Shown: positions 34,706-43,619 of the stretch, piece by piece
Position numbering within the stretch: position 1 is the stretch's first letter
How the letters are laid out: each line of letters opens with the position of its first letter
Source of the DNA: a bacterium
GTDB taxonomy: Bacteria > Patescibacteriota > Doudnabacteria > UBA920 > 2-01-FULL-46-14
Direction of reading: 5' to 3'
Assembly (NCBI GenBank): GCA_030700065.1
Contig: JAUYKH010000040.1
Span: forward strand, 1-61,698
Length of the DNA: 61,698 bases
The notes under the pieces: model-generated
Database searches by the model: none
What the model was told of the DNA's origin: nothing
What the model saw: the letters and a program-made list of their open reading frames with translations, nothing else
Program-made: the position numbers and the translations under genes

Positions 34706-36280
34706 ATGCGATTCGACACGATAATCAAAAACGGAACTATTCTGGACGGGATCTCGGCCGAGCCCCGCTCCGCGGATGTCGGGATTTCCGGGAAAGAAAT
34801 CAAGGCAATCGGAAATTTGAGTTCGGCCAGGGCGAGACAAATCATTTCGGCTGATCATAAATTTGTCTGTCCGGGGTTCATTGATATCCAAAACCATTCC
34901 GACTCCTATTTTACCTTGTTCGAGATTCCCGCGATGCCGAGCCTCACGAGTCAGGGCGTTACCACCATTGCCGTCGGGCAATGCGGGACATCCCTGGCGC
35001 CTTTGCCCAACATTGAGGCGATCAAATCGGTCCAAAAATGGCACAGTCTGGCCGGCGCCAATTTGAACTGGTTAACTTTCGGTGAATATTTTGACAGCCT
35101 TGGCCGTTACCCTTTGGGAGTAAATGTCACGAGCCTGATCGGTCACTCCACGCTAAGGCGCGGTTTGGTCGGAGACAAGGTGCGTCCCGCCACTCCGGAG
35201 GAAATCGGCATAATGTCAAAGTTACTGTCAGACGGCTTGTCCTCAGGCGCGGCCGGGATGTCGCTGGGCCTGGCCTACGCGCACGAAGCGGATTCCACTA
35301 TTGAAGAAATGACCGAAGCCGCCGAGGTGGTCGCGAAGCACAGGAAGCTTTTGAGCATCCACTTGCGCTCTGAAGGCGTACACGTCGTCGAAAGCGTGAA
35401 TGAAGCGATTGATTTGGCCGAAAGCGCGAAAGTATCTTTGAAAATTTCGCACTTTAAGGTTCGCGGGGAAAAAAATTGGCCGAAACTGGAAATCGTTTTG
35501 GATCGCATTGACCGCGCTTATCAACGGGGTGTGGACGTTTTTTTCGACGTTTATCCATATACGACATCCTGGACGGTGCTCTATACGTATTTGCCGAAAT
35601 GGGCGTATGAGGGCGGTCGAAGCGCGATCCTGGAAAATTTACAGGATTCCGCCGCGCGCCGCAAAATTCTCGCTTATTTGAAGGACCAGGAGCAGAAAAC
35701 TATCGCCGACATAATGATCGCGACTTCTCCGACCAATCCCGCTTTGGTGGGCAAAACCCTGCGTCAAATTGCGGCAAACCAGGACGTCGGCGTGGAAGAG
35801 GCGTTGCTGAACATGATTGCCGCCACAAACGCCCAGGTTGTTGTGTTTGACCGCAATATCTCCGAAGAATCCCTTCCAGCCCTGCTCGGGCATCCGCTGT
35901 CCCTAGTCGCGTCCGACGGGGCCGGGTATGACTTTGTTTATTCGCCTTCTCACGGCCTGGTTCATCCGAGATGTTTCGGCGCTTTCCCGAAATTTTTAGG
36001 GTTGGTCAGGGATAAAAAAGTGAAAATTTCGTGGTCAGAAGCTGTTAAGAAAATTACCTCCCGCCCGGCCGAAAAGCTCAGGGTTGGAAAGAGGGGGCGC
36101 CTGGCCGTCGGAAATTTTGCCGACATTGTCGTGTTTGACCCTCGAGATATTGGCAGCCGCGCGACTTATGAAAGCCCTTATCAGGAAAGCGACGGCATTG
36201 ATTACGTTTTGATCAACGGCAAACTGGTTTTTTGGAAAACTCTTACGGGAGAAACAGCCGGGGAGGTTTTGAAAGTTTAG
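34706..36280 (+). CDS. N-acyl-D-amino-acid deacylase (D-aminoacylase) family amidohydrolase
   Basis: DG....ADVGI.G..I...G, PGFID.Q.HSD, and a C-terminal VFDP....D.ATYE.P pattern. Confidence 0.7.
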   Translation: MRFDTIIKNGTILDGISAEPRSADVGISGKEIKAIGNLSSARARQIISADHKFVCPGFIDIQNHSDSYFTLFEIPAMPSLTSQGVTTIAVGQCGTSLAPLPNIEAIKSVQKWHSLAGANLNWLTFGEYFDSLGRYPLGVNVTSLIGHSTLRRGLVGDKVRPATPEEIGIMSKLLSDGLSSGAAGMSLGLAYAHEADSTIEEMTEAAEVVAKHRKLLSIHLRSEGVHVVESVNEAIDLAESAKVSLKISHFKVRGEKNWPKLEIVLDRIDRAYQRGVDVFFDVYPYTTSWTVLYTYLPKWAYEGGRSAILENLQDSAARRKILAYLKDQEQKTIADIMIATSPTNPALVGKTLRQIAANQDVGVEEALLNMIAATNAQVVVFDRNISEESLPALLGHPLSLVASDGAGYDFVYSPSHGLVHPRCFGAFPKFLGLVRDKKVKISWSEAVKKITSRPAEKLRVGKRGRLAVGNFADIVVFDPRDIGSRATYESPYQESDGIDYVLINGKLVFWKTLTGETAGEVLKV

Positions 36281-36292
36281 CCAATATTAAAT

Positions 36293-37396
36293 ATGCATTC
36301 CGCGAGACTTTGGAAAAAAGTTGATCGTTTTATTTTGGGAATAGTTTTAGGCTTGATTATTTTTGGCCTTGTGGCCGTTTCATCTTCTTCCGCTGTCTTG
36401 TCTTTTAACCGTTTTGGACACAACAATTATTATTTTTACCGTCAATTGCTTTTTGCCGGACTGGGAATTTTAGCGATATATTTTTTTAGCAGAATAGATT
36501 ATCATTTCTGGAAAAAATGGGCATTTTGGTTCATGCTCGCGGGGTTTGCCGCGCTCGGTCTGGTTTTGCTTCCTGAAGTAGGTTTTCGAGCCGGGAGCAG
36601 CCGAAGCTGGTTTAGTATCGGTTCATTTCTGATCCAGCCGTCCGAGTTTGTTAAACTGGCCGTCATTTTGTACTTGGCCTCATGGTTTGACAGAAAAAAG
36701 TCGGCGGAAACCAATTTTTGGTTTGGAATTGCGCCCCCTCTTCTGGTATCGGGACTGGCCGTGGGCCTCATCGCCATTGAGCCGGACATAGGCACGGCCG
36801 TCATGGTGGGCGTAATTATCTTTTGCATTTTGTTCGGCGCGGGGACGAAATGGCAATATCTTGCAAGCCTGGGCGCCATCGGGATTGCCACCCTGTGGGC
36901 ATTGATAAAAGCCGCGCCTTATCGAGCGGCGAGAATAATTACCTTCCTTGACCCATCGCTTGATCCGCAGGGAATCGGCTACCAAATCAATCAAGCGCTT
37001 TTGGCCATAGGCACCGGCGGTTTCTGGGGAAGGGGATTCGGGGATAGCATACAAAAACACAATTATTTGCCGGAGCCGATCGGAGACTCGATATTCGCGG
37101 TTATGGCCGAGGAGTTTGGGTTTATACGGATAATTCTCTTGTTGTTGATGTTTTTATTTTTAGCTGTCGTGTCGCTCAAGCTTGCCAGCCTTGCCCCGGA
37201 CAAATTTGGCGCATTAGCGGTCATCGGGATTACAAGCTGGATAACCATGCAGGCGCTTATCAACATCGGCGCGATCACCAGAATGCTGCCTTTGACCGGC
37301 ATCACCTTGCCGTTTATCAGTTACGGCGGGTCCTCGCTTTTGTCGCTATGCGCTGCGGTTGGAATTATGCTGAACATTTCCCGACAGAGAAATTAG
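36293..37396 (+). CDS. ftsW: FtsW/RodA/SpoVE-family peptidoglycan glycosyltransferase
   Basis: QPSEF.K, EPD.GTA and the LP.TG..LPF.SYGGSS motif. Confidence 0.85.
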   Translation: MHSARLWKKVDRFILGIVLGLIIFGLVAVSSSSAVLSFNRFGHNNYYFYRQLLFAGLGILAIYFFSRIDYHFWKKWAFWFMLAGFAALGLVLLPEVGFRAGSSRSWFSIGSFLIQPSEFVKLAVILYLASWFDRKKSAETNFWFGIAPPLLVSGLAVGLIAIEPDIGTAVMVGVIIFCILFGAGTKWQYLASLGAIGIATLWALIKAAPYRAARIITFLDPSLDPQGIGYQINQALLAIGTGGFWGRGFGDSIQKHNYLPEPIGDSIFAVMAEEFGFIRIILLLLMFLFLAVVSLKLASLAPDKFGALAVIGITSWITMQALINIGAITRMLPLTGITLPFISYGGSSLLSLCAAVGIMLNISRQRN

Positions 37397-37397
37397 T

Positions 37398-37406
37398 TGG
37401 TATACT
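37398..37406 (+). promoter_or_regulatory. Extended -10 promoter (TGgTATACT), 9 nt upstream of ATG 37416
   Basis: Read directly from the sequence. There is no Shine-Dalgarno sequence. Confidence 0.4.
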
Positions 37407-37415
37407 CAATAAACG

Positions 37416-39386
37416 ATGATAATCGGCAGTGTTCTGAAAAAAGATCTGACGGAATTGAAGCTCAAGGTGTACCGCAACTCCAAGCAAAATAATTTGCGGG
37501 GGTTGGGATATTTTTGGGCGGGGTGCGTCCTCTTGTTCGCCATAATAGCGGGAATGTCCCTGGTCGAACAGAGGTTGCCCGGTTTGAGGAAACAGATTCT
37601 GGGTACCGCGACTACGGGTTTTGAATTTTTAAACTCCGGCAGGACAAACTTTATCGATCAAAATTTTCCCGAGGCCTCGTCAAATTTCCGCAGCGCGGCC
37701 GCCTCTTTTACGCTCGCGAGCGAACAGATAAAGCATTCGTTCGGCGCCCTGGCGGTAATCTTGCCGCGTCTCCCGGTGGGCGGCGATTACAACAGCCTGC
37801 TTCTGGCCGGATCGCGTATTTCCTCCGCCCTGGAAGCGGTTGTTGACGGCGTCGAGGATTTCGAAAAGATCCGCCCGACAGTCAACGATCAATCCCTTTA
37901 TTTTGGACTGAAATCTTCAAGAGAAAAATTGACAAAAGGTATCGATGAGTTGTCGCAAGCCCTGGTACTTCTTGAAGACGTCAACCCCAATGTCTTGCCG
38001 GACGAGTATAGGGATACATTTTTGGAAAGTACCGCGGACTTGGTCAATTCCAGGACCCTGCTTTTAGGCCTGGTCGATACCGAAGGATTCATTCTGAACC
38101 TGCTGGGCGGGGAGAAAAAAACTTATCTTCTCATATTTCAAAACAACAACGAGGCTCGCCCAACAGGCGGATTTATGGGCACGTATGGTCTGCTTTATTT
38201 GGAGAACGGACGGATGAGCATCGGGAAGATAGAGTCTATATACAATCTGGATGGCCAGCTCGACGAAAAAATTGCCGCGCCCGGTCCTCTGCAGCGGCAA
38301 GCTTCGTCTTACTGGGGAATAAGGGATGCGAATTGGTTCGTGGATTTCCCGGCAAGCAGCTTGAAGATACTGGATTTTTTTGAAAAAACGACCGGCACAT
38401 TGGCAGACGGCATTCTGTCGTTTACGCCCGACGTTTTTGAGAAACTTTTGGAAGTAACGGGGCCGATCCCCATGCCGGAATATGACACGATATTGACCGC
38501 GCAGAATTTTCGATCAGTCACGCAATCCAAGACTTCGATCGATTATTTCGAGGCGGAAAATGAGCCGAAGAAATTTCTGGCTGATTTTGCCCCGCGAATG
38601 CTTGAGCGTTTGCAGACCTTGGACACCCCCCGGTGGATTGGGATTGTAACAGCCCTGACCAGCCTTTCGCGGGAAAAACAGATATTGATGTATTCAACCA
38701 GCGCCGAAGTCCAGGACAGGATCATCAAATACAGACTCGGGGGCGAGATCAAAAAAACCCCGGGGGATTATTTGGCAATTTTCCACAGCAGTGTCGGCGG
38801 AGGAAAGACCGATCAAGGCATTGCGCAGAGAGTTGAAAAAAAAGTCAGTATGGACTCCGGAGGGCTGGCGATTGTGAAGCTTGCCATAACCAGGTCGCAT
38901 GGGGCCTATGACGAAAAGTATTTTCCCAAGAACATAGATTTTATGCGTGTTCTGGTGCCGGCCGGCGCGGAATTGCTTTCCGCGACGGGCTTCGACGATT
39001 ATCCGCTTCTGCCGTCGCAAAGAGCCGGCGCGGCCTCGGATCCCGATCTTTTGGCGTGGAGTCTGCGGATGAAAAGGGATGAAAATACCAAAATGTACGT
39101 CGGGCAGGAATCAGGCTATACCGTGTTCAGCAACTGGCTTGAGCTTGGTCCCGGGGAGACGAAATCGGTTGAGCTTATCTACGAGCTGCAGTTTGACGCG
39201 GGAAACCGCTACACGCATTTGTTGCAGAAACAGCCGGGGGCGAAAGAATTCGAATTCCTATTCGAACTAAATTACCTGGGGGGTATCGTCTATACATATC
39301 CAGAGGACCTCGCGCGCAACGGGAACAAACTCACAATTAGCGAGAACGTAAACAGTGACCGATTTTATGGGGTGATAGGGGAATGA
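37416..39386 (+). CDS. DUF4012-domain protein
   Basis: FQNNNEARPTGGFMGTYG motif typical of DUF4012, with an N-terminal transmembrane helix. Confidence 0.7.
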   Translation: MIIGSVLKKDLTELKLKVYRNSKQNNLRGLGYFWAGCVLLFAIIAGMSLVEQRLPGLRKQILGTATTGFEFLNSGRTNFIDQNFPEASSNFRSAAASFTLASEQIKHSFGALAVILPRLPVGGDYNSLLLAGSRISSALEAVVDGVEDFEKIRPTVNDQSLYFGLKSSREKLTKGIDELSQALVLLEDVNPNVLPDEYRDTFLESTADLVNSRTLLLGLVDTEGFILNLLGGEKKTYLLIFQNNNEARPTGGFMGTYGLLYLENGRMSIGKIESIYNLDGQLDEKIAAPGPLQRQASSYWGIRDANWFVDFPASSLKILDFFEKTTGTLADGILSFTPDVFEKLLEVTGPIPMPEYDTILTAQNFRSVTQSKTSIDYFEAENEPKKFLADFAPRMLERLQTLDTPRWIGIVTALTSLSREKQILMYSTSAEVQDRIIKYRLGGEIKKTPGDYLAIFHSSVGGGKTDQGIAQRVEKKVSMDSGGLAIVKLAITRSHGAYDEKYFPKNIDFMRVLVPAGAELLSATGFDDYPLLPSQRAGAASDPDLLAWSLRMKRDENTKMYVGQESGYTVFSNWLELGPGETKSVELIYELQFDAGNRYTHLLQKQPGAKEFEFLFELNYLGGIVYTYPEDLARNGNKLTISENVNSDRFYGVIGE

Positions 39387-40984
39387 AATTCGTGACCGCC
39401 TCGATAATGATCGGGGCATTTTCTCTGCTATCGAAAATTTTGGGACTCGGACGGATTTTGGCCTTTTCCAACCGCTTAGGATTGGGTCAGGAGTTCGATA
39501 TTTATGTCGCGGCCTTTCGCCTCCCTGACCTGATTTTTAATTTGTTAATTTTAGGCACCCTGTCCGTTGCTTTTATCCCCGTCCTGGTTGGCTATTTGAA
39601 CAAAAATAGGGAGGAGGCGGAGAAATTCAGCTCCACAATTTTCAATTTCACGCTTTTGGTGATGGGTGTTTTCGGCGTGTTGGGATTTTTGCTAAGCGGC
39701 TGGTTCGCAAAAATTATTGTGCCCGGATTTAGCGCAGACGCGCAGGCGGCTACAGCGTCTCTCACAAGAATACTCATGCTTTCCCCGGTTTTTTTCAGCT
39801 TGTCGAGCGTGCTAACTGCCTACCTGCATTCTTTCAAACGGTTTTTTATAGCGGCAATCTCTCCGCTGTTTTACAATTTGTCCATAATCGCGGGTGTAAT
39901 TTTCTTATATCCGAAATTTGGCCTTCCGGGTATCGCCTGGTCGGTTGTTGCCGGAGCGTTTCTGCATTTTCTCCTGCAATTCCCCATGGGCATTCGGTTG
40001 GGTTTAAAACCGCTGCGTTTTTGGGATTTGTCCCAACAAGGAGTTAAAAAATTCGCAAAGTTGTTTTTGCCGCGCGTGTTTGGATTGGAATTGGGTCAGA
40101 TAAGCCTTCTGGCCACTTCTGTTTTGGGAAGTTATTTGGCAAGCGGAACATTGGCAGTTTTTTATATTGCCTACGATTTGGAAACAGTGCCGGTAGGCAT
40201 ATTCGCGGTATCCTTTGCGATAGCGGCCTTTCCGATGCTTTCCGAATTTTTTGAAAAAGGGGATATGTCTTCTTTCAGAACATTTTTTTCTCGAACCGCC
40301 GTACAGATATTATTTTTGATTATCCCCATTTCCGTTTTGACGATTTTACTAAGAGCGCAAATTGTCAGATTGATTCCCGGCGCTCTGGAAGGAACCAAAT
40401 TTACTTTTGCGGACACTCGCCTGACGGCGGAAGCTTTGGGTTTTTTTGCCATCTCTTTGTTCGCCCAAAGTTTGGTACCGCTGCTGGCACGCTGTTTTTA
40501 CGCCATGCGCAATACAATTATTCCCGTGATTTCGGGATTGGTGGCCGGCGTTATCAATATCGGATTGGCAATAATACTGCGGCCGCTTGCCAGTCCTTAC
40601 GCGTTTGCGATAGCGTTTTCGATCGCGGCAATCGCGCAAATGCTGATATTATTTATTTGGTTGCGTCGTCGACTGGCCGAGTTCGACGATGAATTTTTGT
40701 ACGTAAGAACCATAAAAATTTGTATTTCGTCCATCATAATGGCCATGACTGCCTACCTCACGCTTTACCTGGTCGCGCCGTTGGTGAATATGGTAGCTTA
40801 TTGGGGAATTTTGGTGCAAACTCTTTCCGCCGTCGCCGTCGCCGCGGCGACTTATTTGGGCGCCGGCCTGCTCGTAAAATTGCCCGAGGCGCGGGGTTTG
40901 TTCGGGATACTTCGAAGCTGGTTTGCCAAATTTACTCGGCCCGTGACTTCAGCGATCGTAAACGCGTTTACCGATTTTCGGTAG
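39383..40984 (+). CDS. murJ: Lipid II flippase MurJ
   Basis: MurJ/MviN-like N-terminus (SK.LG..R......G.G...D....AFR.P) and about 14 transmembrane helices. Confidence 0.85.
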   Translation: MKFVTASIMIGAFSLLSKILGLGRILAFSNRLGLGQEFDIYVAAFRLPDLIFNLLILGTLSVAFIPVLVGYLNKNREEAEKFSSTIFNFTLLVMGVFGVLGFLLSGWFAKIIVPGFSADAQAATASLTRILMLSPVFFSLSSVLTAYLHSFKRFFIAAISPLFYNLSIIAGVIFLYPKFGLPGIAWSVVAGAFLHFLLQFPMGIRLGLKPLRFWDLSQQGVKKFAKLFLPRVFGLELGQISLLATSVLGSYLASGTLAVFYIAYDLETVPVGIFAVSFAIAAFPMLSEFFEKGDMSSFRTFFSRTAVQILFLIIPISVLTILLRAQIVRLIPGALEGTKFTFADTRLTAEALGFFAISLFAQSLVPLLARCFYAMRNTIIPVISGLVAGVINIGLAIILRPLASPYAFAIAFSIAAIAQMLILFIWLRRRLAEFDDEFLYVRTIKICISSIIMAMTAYLTLYLVAPLVNMVAYWGILVQTLSAVAVAAATYLGAGLLVKLPEARGLFGILRSWFAKFTRPVTSAIVNAFTDFR

Positions 40985-40987
40985 GGG

Positions 40988-41016
40988 TTGACATTCGCGG
41001 TTTATTGATCTATGAT
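40988..41016 (+). promoter_or_regulatory. Consensus-like sigma70 promoter TTGACA-17 nt-TATGAT
   Basis: The -35 box is at 40988-40993 and the -10 box at 41011-41016. It lies immediately after the murJ stop and no ORF follows. Confidence 0.6.
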
Positions 41017-41022
41017 TAGATT

Positions 41023-41295
41023 CGCAATATCAAAGAGGGTCATTAATTTATAAAGGCGTGTGGAAGGAGTCTCCGTGGGTCCGTTACAGGCCAAAAGCCT
41101 AACACTAGGGCTCATATCCCGACGTGGCGGATGAGCGGTACGAGAACCGAGATCACAAAAGAGCGGGGGGCTCTTGCGACTCGGAAATGGCTAAAAGAGG
41201 CCAGGTGCATCGGCTGACTTCGAATTGGCCATATGTTCGCTCCTCCTTTCACGCCAAAGCCGCATTTTTTTAGCAGAAAGAATGCGGCTTTGTAT
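41023..41295 (+). ncRNA. Candidate structured non-coding RNA, class unknown (about 200-nt core plus intrinsic terminator)
   Basis: It has its own promoter. A 5'/3' closing helix pairs 41055-41069 (GGCGTGTGGAAGGAG) with 41240-41255 (CTCCTCCTTTCACGCC). Internal hairpins are present. Terminator stem AAAGCCGCATT/AATGCGGCTTT at 41256-41291. There is no credible ORF. Confidence 0.45.
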
Positions 41296-41301
41296 ATTAT
41301 T

Positions 41302-41310
41302 TGTTATAAT
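41302..41310 (+). promoter_or_regulatory. Extended -10 promoter (TGtTATAAT), 6 nt upstream of ATG 41317 (leaderless lepA)
   Basis: Read directly from the sequence. Confidence 0.5.
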
Positions 41311-41316
41311 TGTTAG

Positions 41317-43101
41317 ATGCTAGACCAATCAAAGATTCGCAATTTTTGCATCATCGCCCACATTGATCATGGGAAGAGTACTCTGGCGGATCGGCTTTTG
41401 GAAATCACGGGGACGATCGAAAGACGGAAAATGAAAGAACAAGTTCTCGATCAGATGGATTTGGAAAGGGAGAGGGGAATTACCATCAAACTTCAGCCAG
41501 TCAGGATGAAATATCAGGATTACGAGCTGAACCTCATTGATACTCCCGGCCATGTGGATTTCACCTATGAGGTCAGCCGTTCCCTGGCCGCCTGCGAAGG
41601 AGCCATTTTGGTTGTGGACGCGAGCCAGGGGATACAGGCTCAAACCATTGCCAATGTGAATCTCGCGCTGGAGCACAACCTCGTTATCATCCCCGTAGTC
41701 AACAAAATCGATCTGCCCAACGCCGACCCCAAAAGTACCGTTGCCGAAATTAAGGAAGTATTCGGCTTCAAAGAGGATGAGATCATGTTCGTATCGGCCA
41801 AGACCGGTCAAAATGTTGAAGCGATTTTGCGGCGAATTATTGAAAAAATACCAAAGCCCGCGGGAAGCCCGGACCAGCCCTTCAAGGCGCTGATATTTGA
41901 TTCCAAATATGACAAACACCGAGGCGTCGTGGCATATGTTCGAATAATGGACGGGCAAATTTCCACAGGGGAGGAGCTTCTGATGATGGGCACGAAGACC
42001 AAAGGACATAGCCTGGAGGTCGGTTATTTCGCGCCGGAGCTTCGGAAAAGCGAATTTTTGGGGGCGGGCGAAGTCGGATACATTGTCACCGGACTGCGCG
42101 AAGTGCAAAAGGCCAGAGTTGGCGATACGATTACAACGGCCAAACCAGGAGGGGCGGGCGAACCGCTTCCCGGGTACAAAGAGATCAAACCAATGGTTTT
42201 CGCGTCCATATTCCCCACCGCAGGAGACGACTACCATGTTTTGCGCGACGCGATGGGAAAGTTAAAATTAAATGATGCCGCGTTGAGTTTTGAACCGGAG
42301 AACATCCCTTCTTTGGGATTTGGGTTCCGCACGGGTTTTTTGGGGCTTCTGCATATGGATATTGTGCAGGAGAGACTCTCGCGCGAATTCGGGCTGGACC
42401 TCGTCCTGACCGCCCCGTCCGTCGCGTACGAGATTAAAAAGAATAGCGGGGAGCGGCTGACAATCCATACCCCGACCCGGATGCCCGACCCGTCCGAGAT
42501 TGAATATATCGCCGAGCCGTGGGTGGACCTTTTTATCATCACGCCGGAGAAATATATCGGCGGAATAATGAATCTGGTTACGGGGCGCCGGGGGATTTAC
42601 AAAACGTCAACTTATCTCGGGCCCGGCCGGGTGAATTTGCAGTTTGAAGCCCCCCTCGGCAATGTCATCAGCGACCTGTATGACAATTTGAAAAGCGTAT
42701 CGGCCGGATACGCCTCAATGAATTATGATTTTATAAATTTTCGTCCCGCCGATTTGGTCAAATTGGACATTCTGGTGGCCGCGGACAAAGTTGACGCGCT
42801 GTCCATGATCGTTCACAAATCAACCGCCCTCTCCGAAGGGCGGCGGATCGTGGAGAAACTGAAAACCCTGATTCCAAAACAGCAATTCGCCATATCTCTC
42901 CAGGCCGCGATTGGAGGCACGATCATCGCCCGCGAAACCATCGCGGCCCTGCGAAAAGACGTTACGGCCAAGCTTTATGGCGGCGACGTTACGCGCAAAA
43001 TGAAGCTCCTGAAGAAACAGAAGAAGGGGAAGAAGAAACTGAAGAGCATCGGCCGGGTGGAAATACCCCAGGACGCTTTTTTGTCCCTGATGAAGCGATA
43101 A
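41317..43101 (+). CDS. lepA: Translation elongation factor 4 (LepA)
   Basis: IRNFCIIAHIDHGKSTLADR, DTPGHVDF and NKID G-motifs, plus the LepA C-terminal domain. Confidence 0.95.
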   Translation: MLDQSKIRNFCIIAHIDHGKSTLADRLLEITGTIERRKMKEQVLDQMDLERERGITIKLQPVRMKYQDYELNLIDTPGHVDFTYEVSRSLAACEGAILVVDASQGIQAQTIANVNLALEHNLVIIPVVNKIDLPNADPKSTVAEIKEVFGFKEDEIMFVSAKTGQNVEAILRRIIEKIPKPAGSPDQPFKALIFDSKYDKHRGVVAYVRIMDGQISTGEELLMMGTKTKGHSLEVGYFAPELRKSEFLGAGEVGYIVTGLREVQKARVGDTITTAKPGGAGEPLPGYKEIKPMVFASIFPTAGDDYHVLRDAMGKLKLNDAALSFEPENIPSLGFGFRTGFLGLLHMDIVQERLSREFGLDLVLTAPSVAYEIKKNSGERLTIHTPTRMPDPSEIEYIAEPWVDLFIITPEKYIGGIMNLVTGRRGIYKTSTYLGPGRVNLQFEAPLGNVISDLYDNLKSVSAGYASMNYDFINFRPADLVKLDILVAADKVDALSMIVHKSTALSEGRRIVEKLKTLIPKQQFAISLQAAIGGTIIARETIAALRKDVTAKLYGGDVTRKMKLLKKQKKGKKKLKSIGRVEIPQDAFLSLMKR

Positions 43102-43112
43102 GTTATAGTAGT

Positions 43113-43223
43113 TTAGAAGACGCCTGATTGAAAGAAGGGGATCAGGGTAAAAAGTAGCATCGCGGCAATCATTAAGACTGCCACGACATACGATATTGTT
43201 TTCAGGAGTTTGCGGTTTCTCAT
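43113..43223 (-). CDS. Possible small hydrophobic protein (36 aa)
   Basis: This ORF is not in the ORF track. Translation is MRNRKLLKTISYVVAVLMIAAMLLFTLIPFFQSGVF, with one transmembrane helix. A TATAAT-like box lies 10 nt upstream on the minus strand. Confidence 0.3.
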   Translation of the reverse strand: MRNRKLLKTISYVVAVLMIAAMLLFTLIPFFQSGVF

Positions 43224-43226
43224 TTC

Positions 43227-43619
43227 TTGTTTGATTATAACATGTGGTCAGATATCGTAAAATCGAGATGGTTTAGGGCCTTAGGATCAATACTCCTGGT
43301 TATGTTTTTATTTTCTTTGGGAAGGCAGGTTTACAAGAAGTACCAGATCCACCTCGAAATCCGCGGGCTTGAAACCGAAATTGCAAGACTCGAGAGCCAA
43401 AACCAGGATTTGGCCGGGCTTTTGGAATATTTCAAGACCACCGCCTATAAAGAGCGCCAGGCCAGGTCGATTTTAAATCTCAAGAAACCCGGCGAGTTCG
43501 CGGTGGCTCTGCCGCCTCGGGAGGAAGAGGGGGCGGGGCAAGGCCCGCAAGCGGAAGAGATTTACGCATCCAATTTCAAAAAATGGAGAGAGTACTTCTT
43601 TGGGCGAAAAGATGAATAG
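43227..43619 (+). CDS. Septum formation initiator (FtsB/DivIC-like)
   Basis: Transmembrane helix followed by a coiled coil (LEIRGLETEIARLESQNQDL) and ERQAR..LNL.KPGE. The start could be TTG 43227 or ATG 43242. Confidence 0.65.
   Translation: MFDYNMWSDIVKSRWFRALGSILLVMFLFSLGRQVYKKYQIHLEIRGLETEIARLESQNQDLAGLLEYFKTTAYKERQARSILNLKKPGEFAVALPPREEEGAGQGPQAEEIYASNFKKWREYFFGRKDE

Noticed and set aside
41194-41251. 13-codon minus-strand ORF (MANSKSADAPGLF) with an apparently perfect AAAGGAGGAG RBS
   Set aside because: The RBS is the complement of the strand that closes the plus-strand RNA helix. No minus-strand promoter or downstream gene exists, since murJ is convergent. It is most likely coincidental.
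41023-41255. Identification of the intergenic RNA as tmRNA, SRP RNA or RNase P RNA
   Set aside because: For tmRNA, there is no tRNA-like GGGG...CCACCA ends and no tag ORF. For SRP RNA, there is no GGAA-tetraloop or AGCAGC domain IV motif. Only vague resemblance to the RNase P P4 strands (GGAAGGAGUCUCC, ACGAGAACCGAG) was found, and these are in the wrong order and spacing. The class is left open.
41329-42237. 302-aa minus-strand ORF antisense to lepA
   Set aside because: It is a shadow of a highly conserved GTPase gene, and its translation has no recognisable features.
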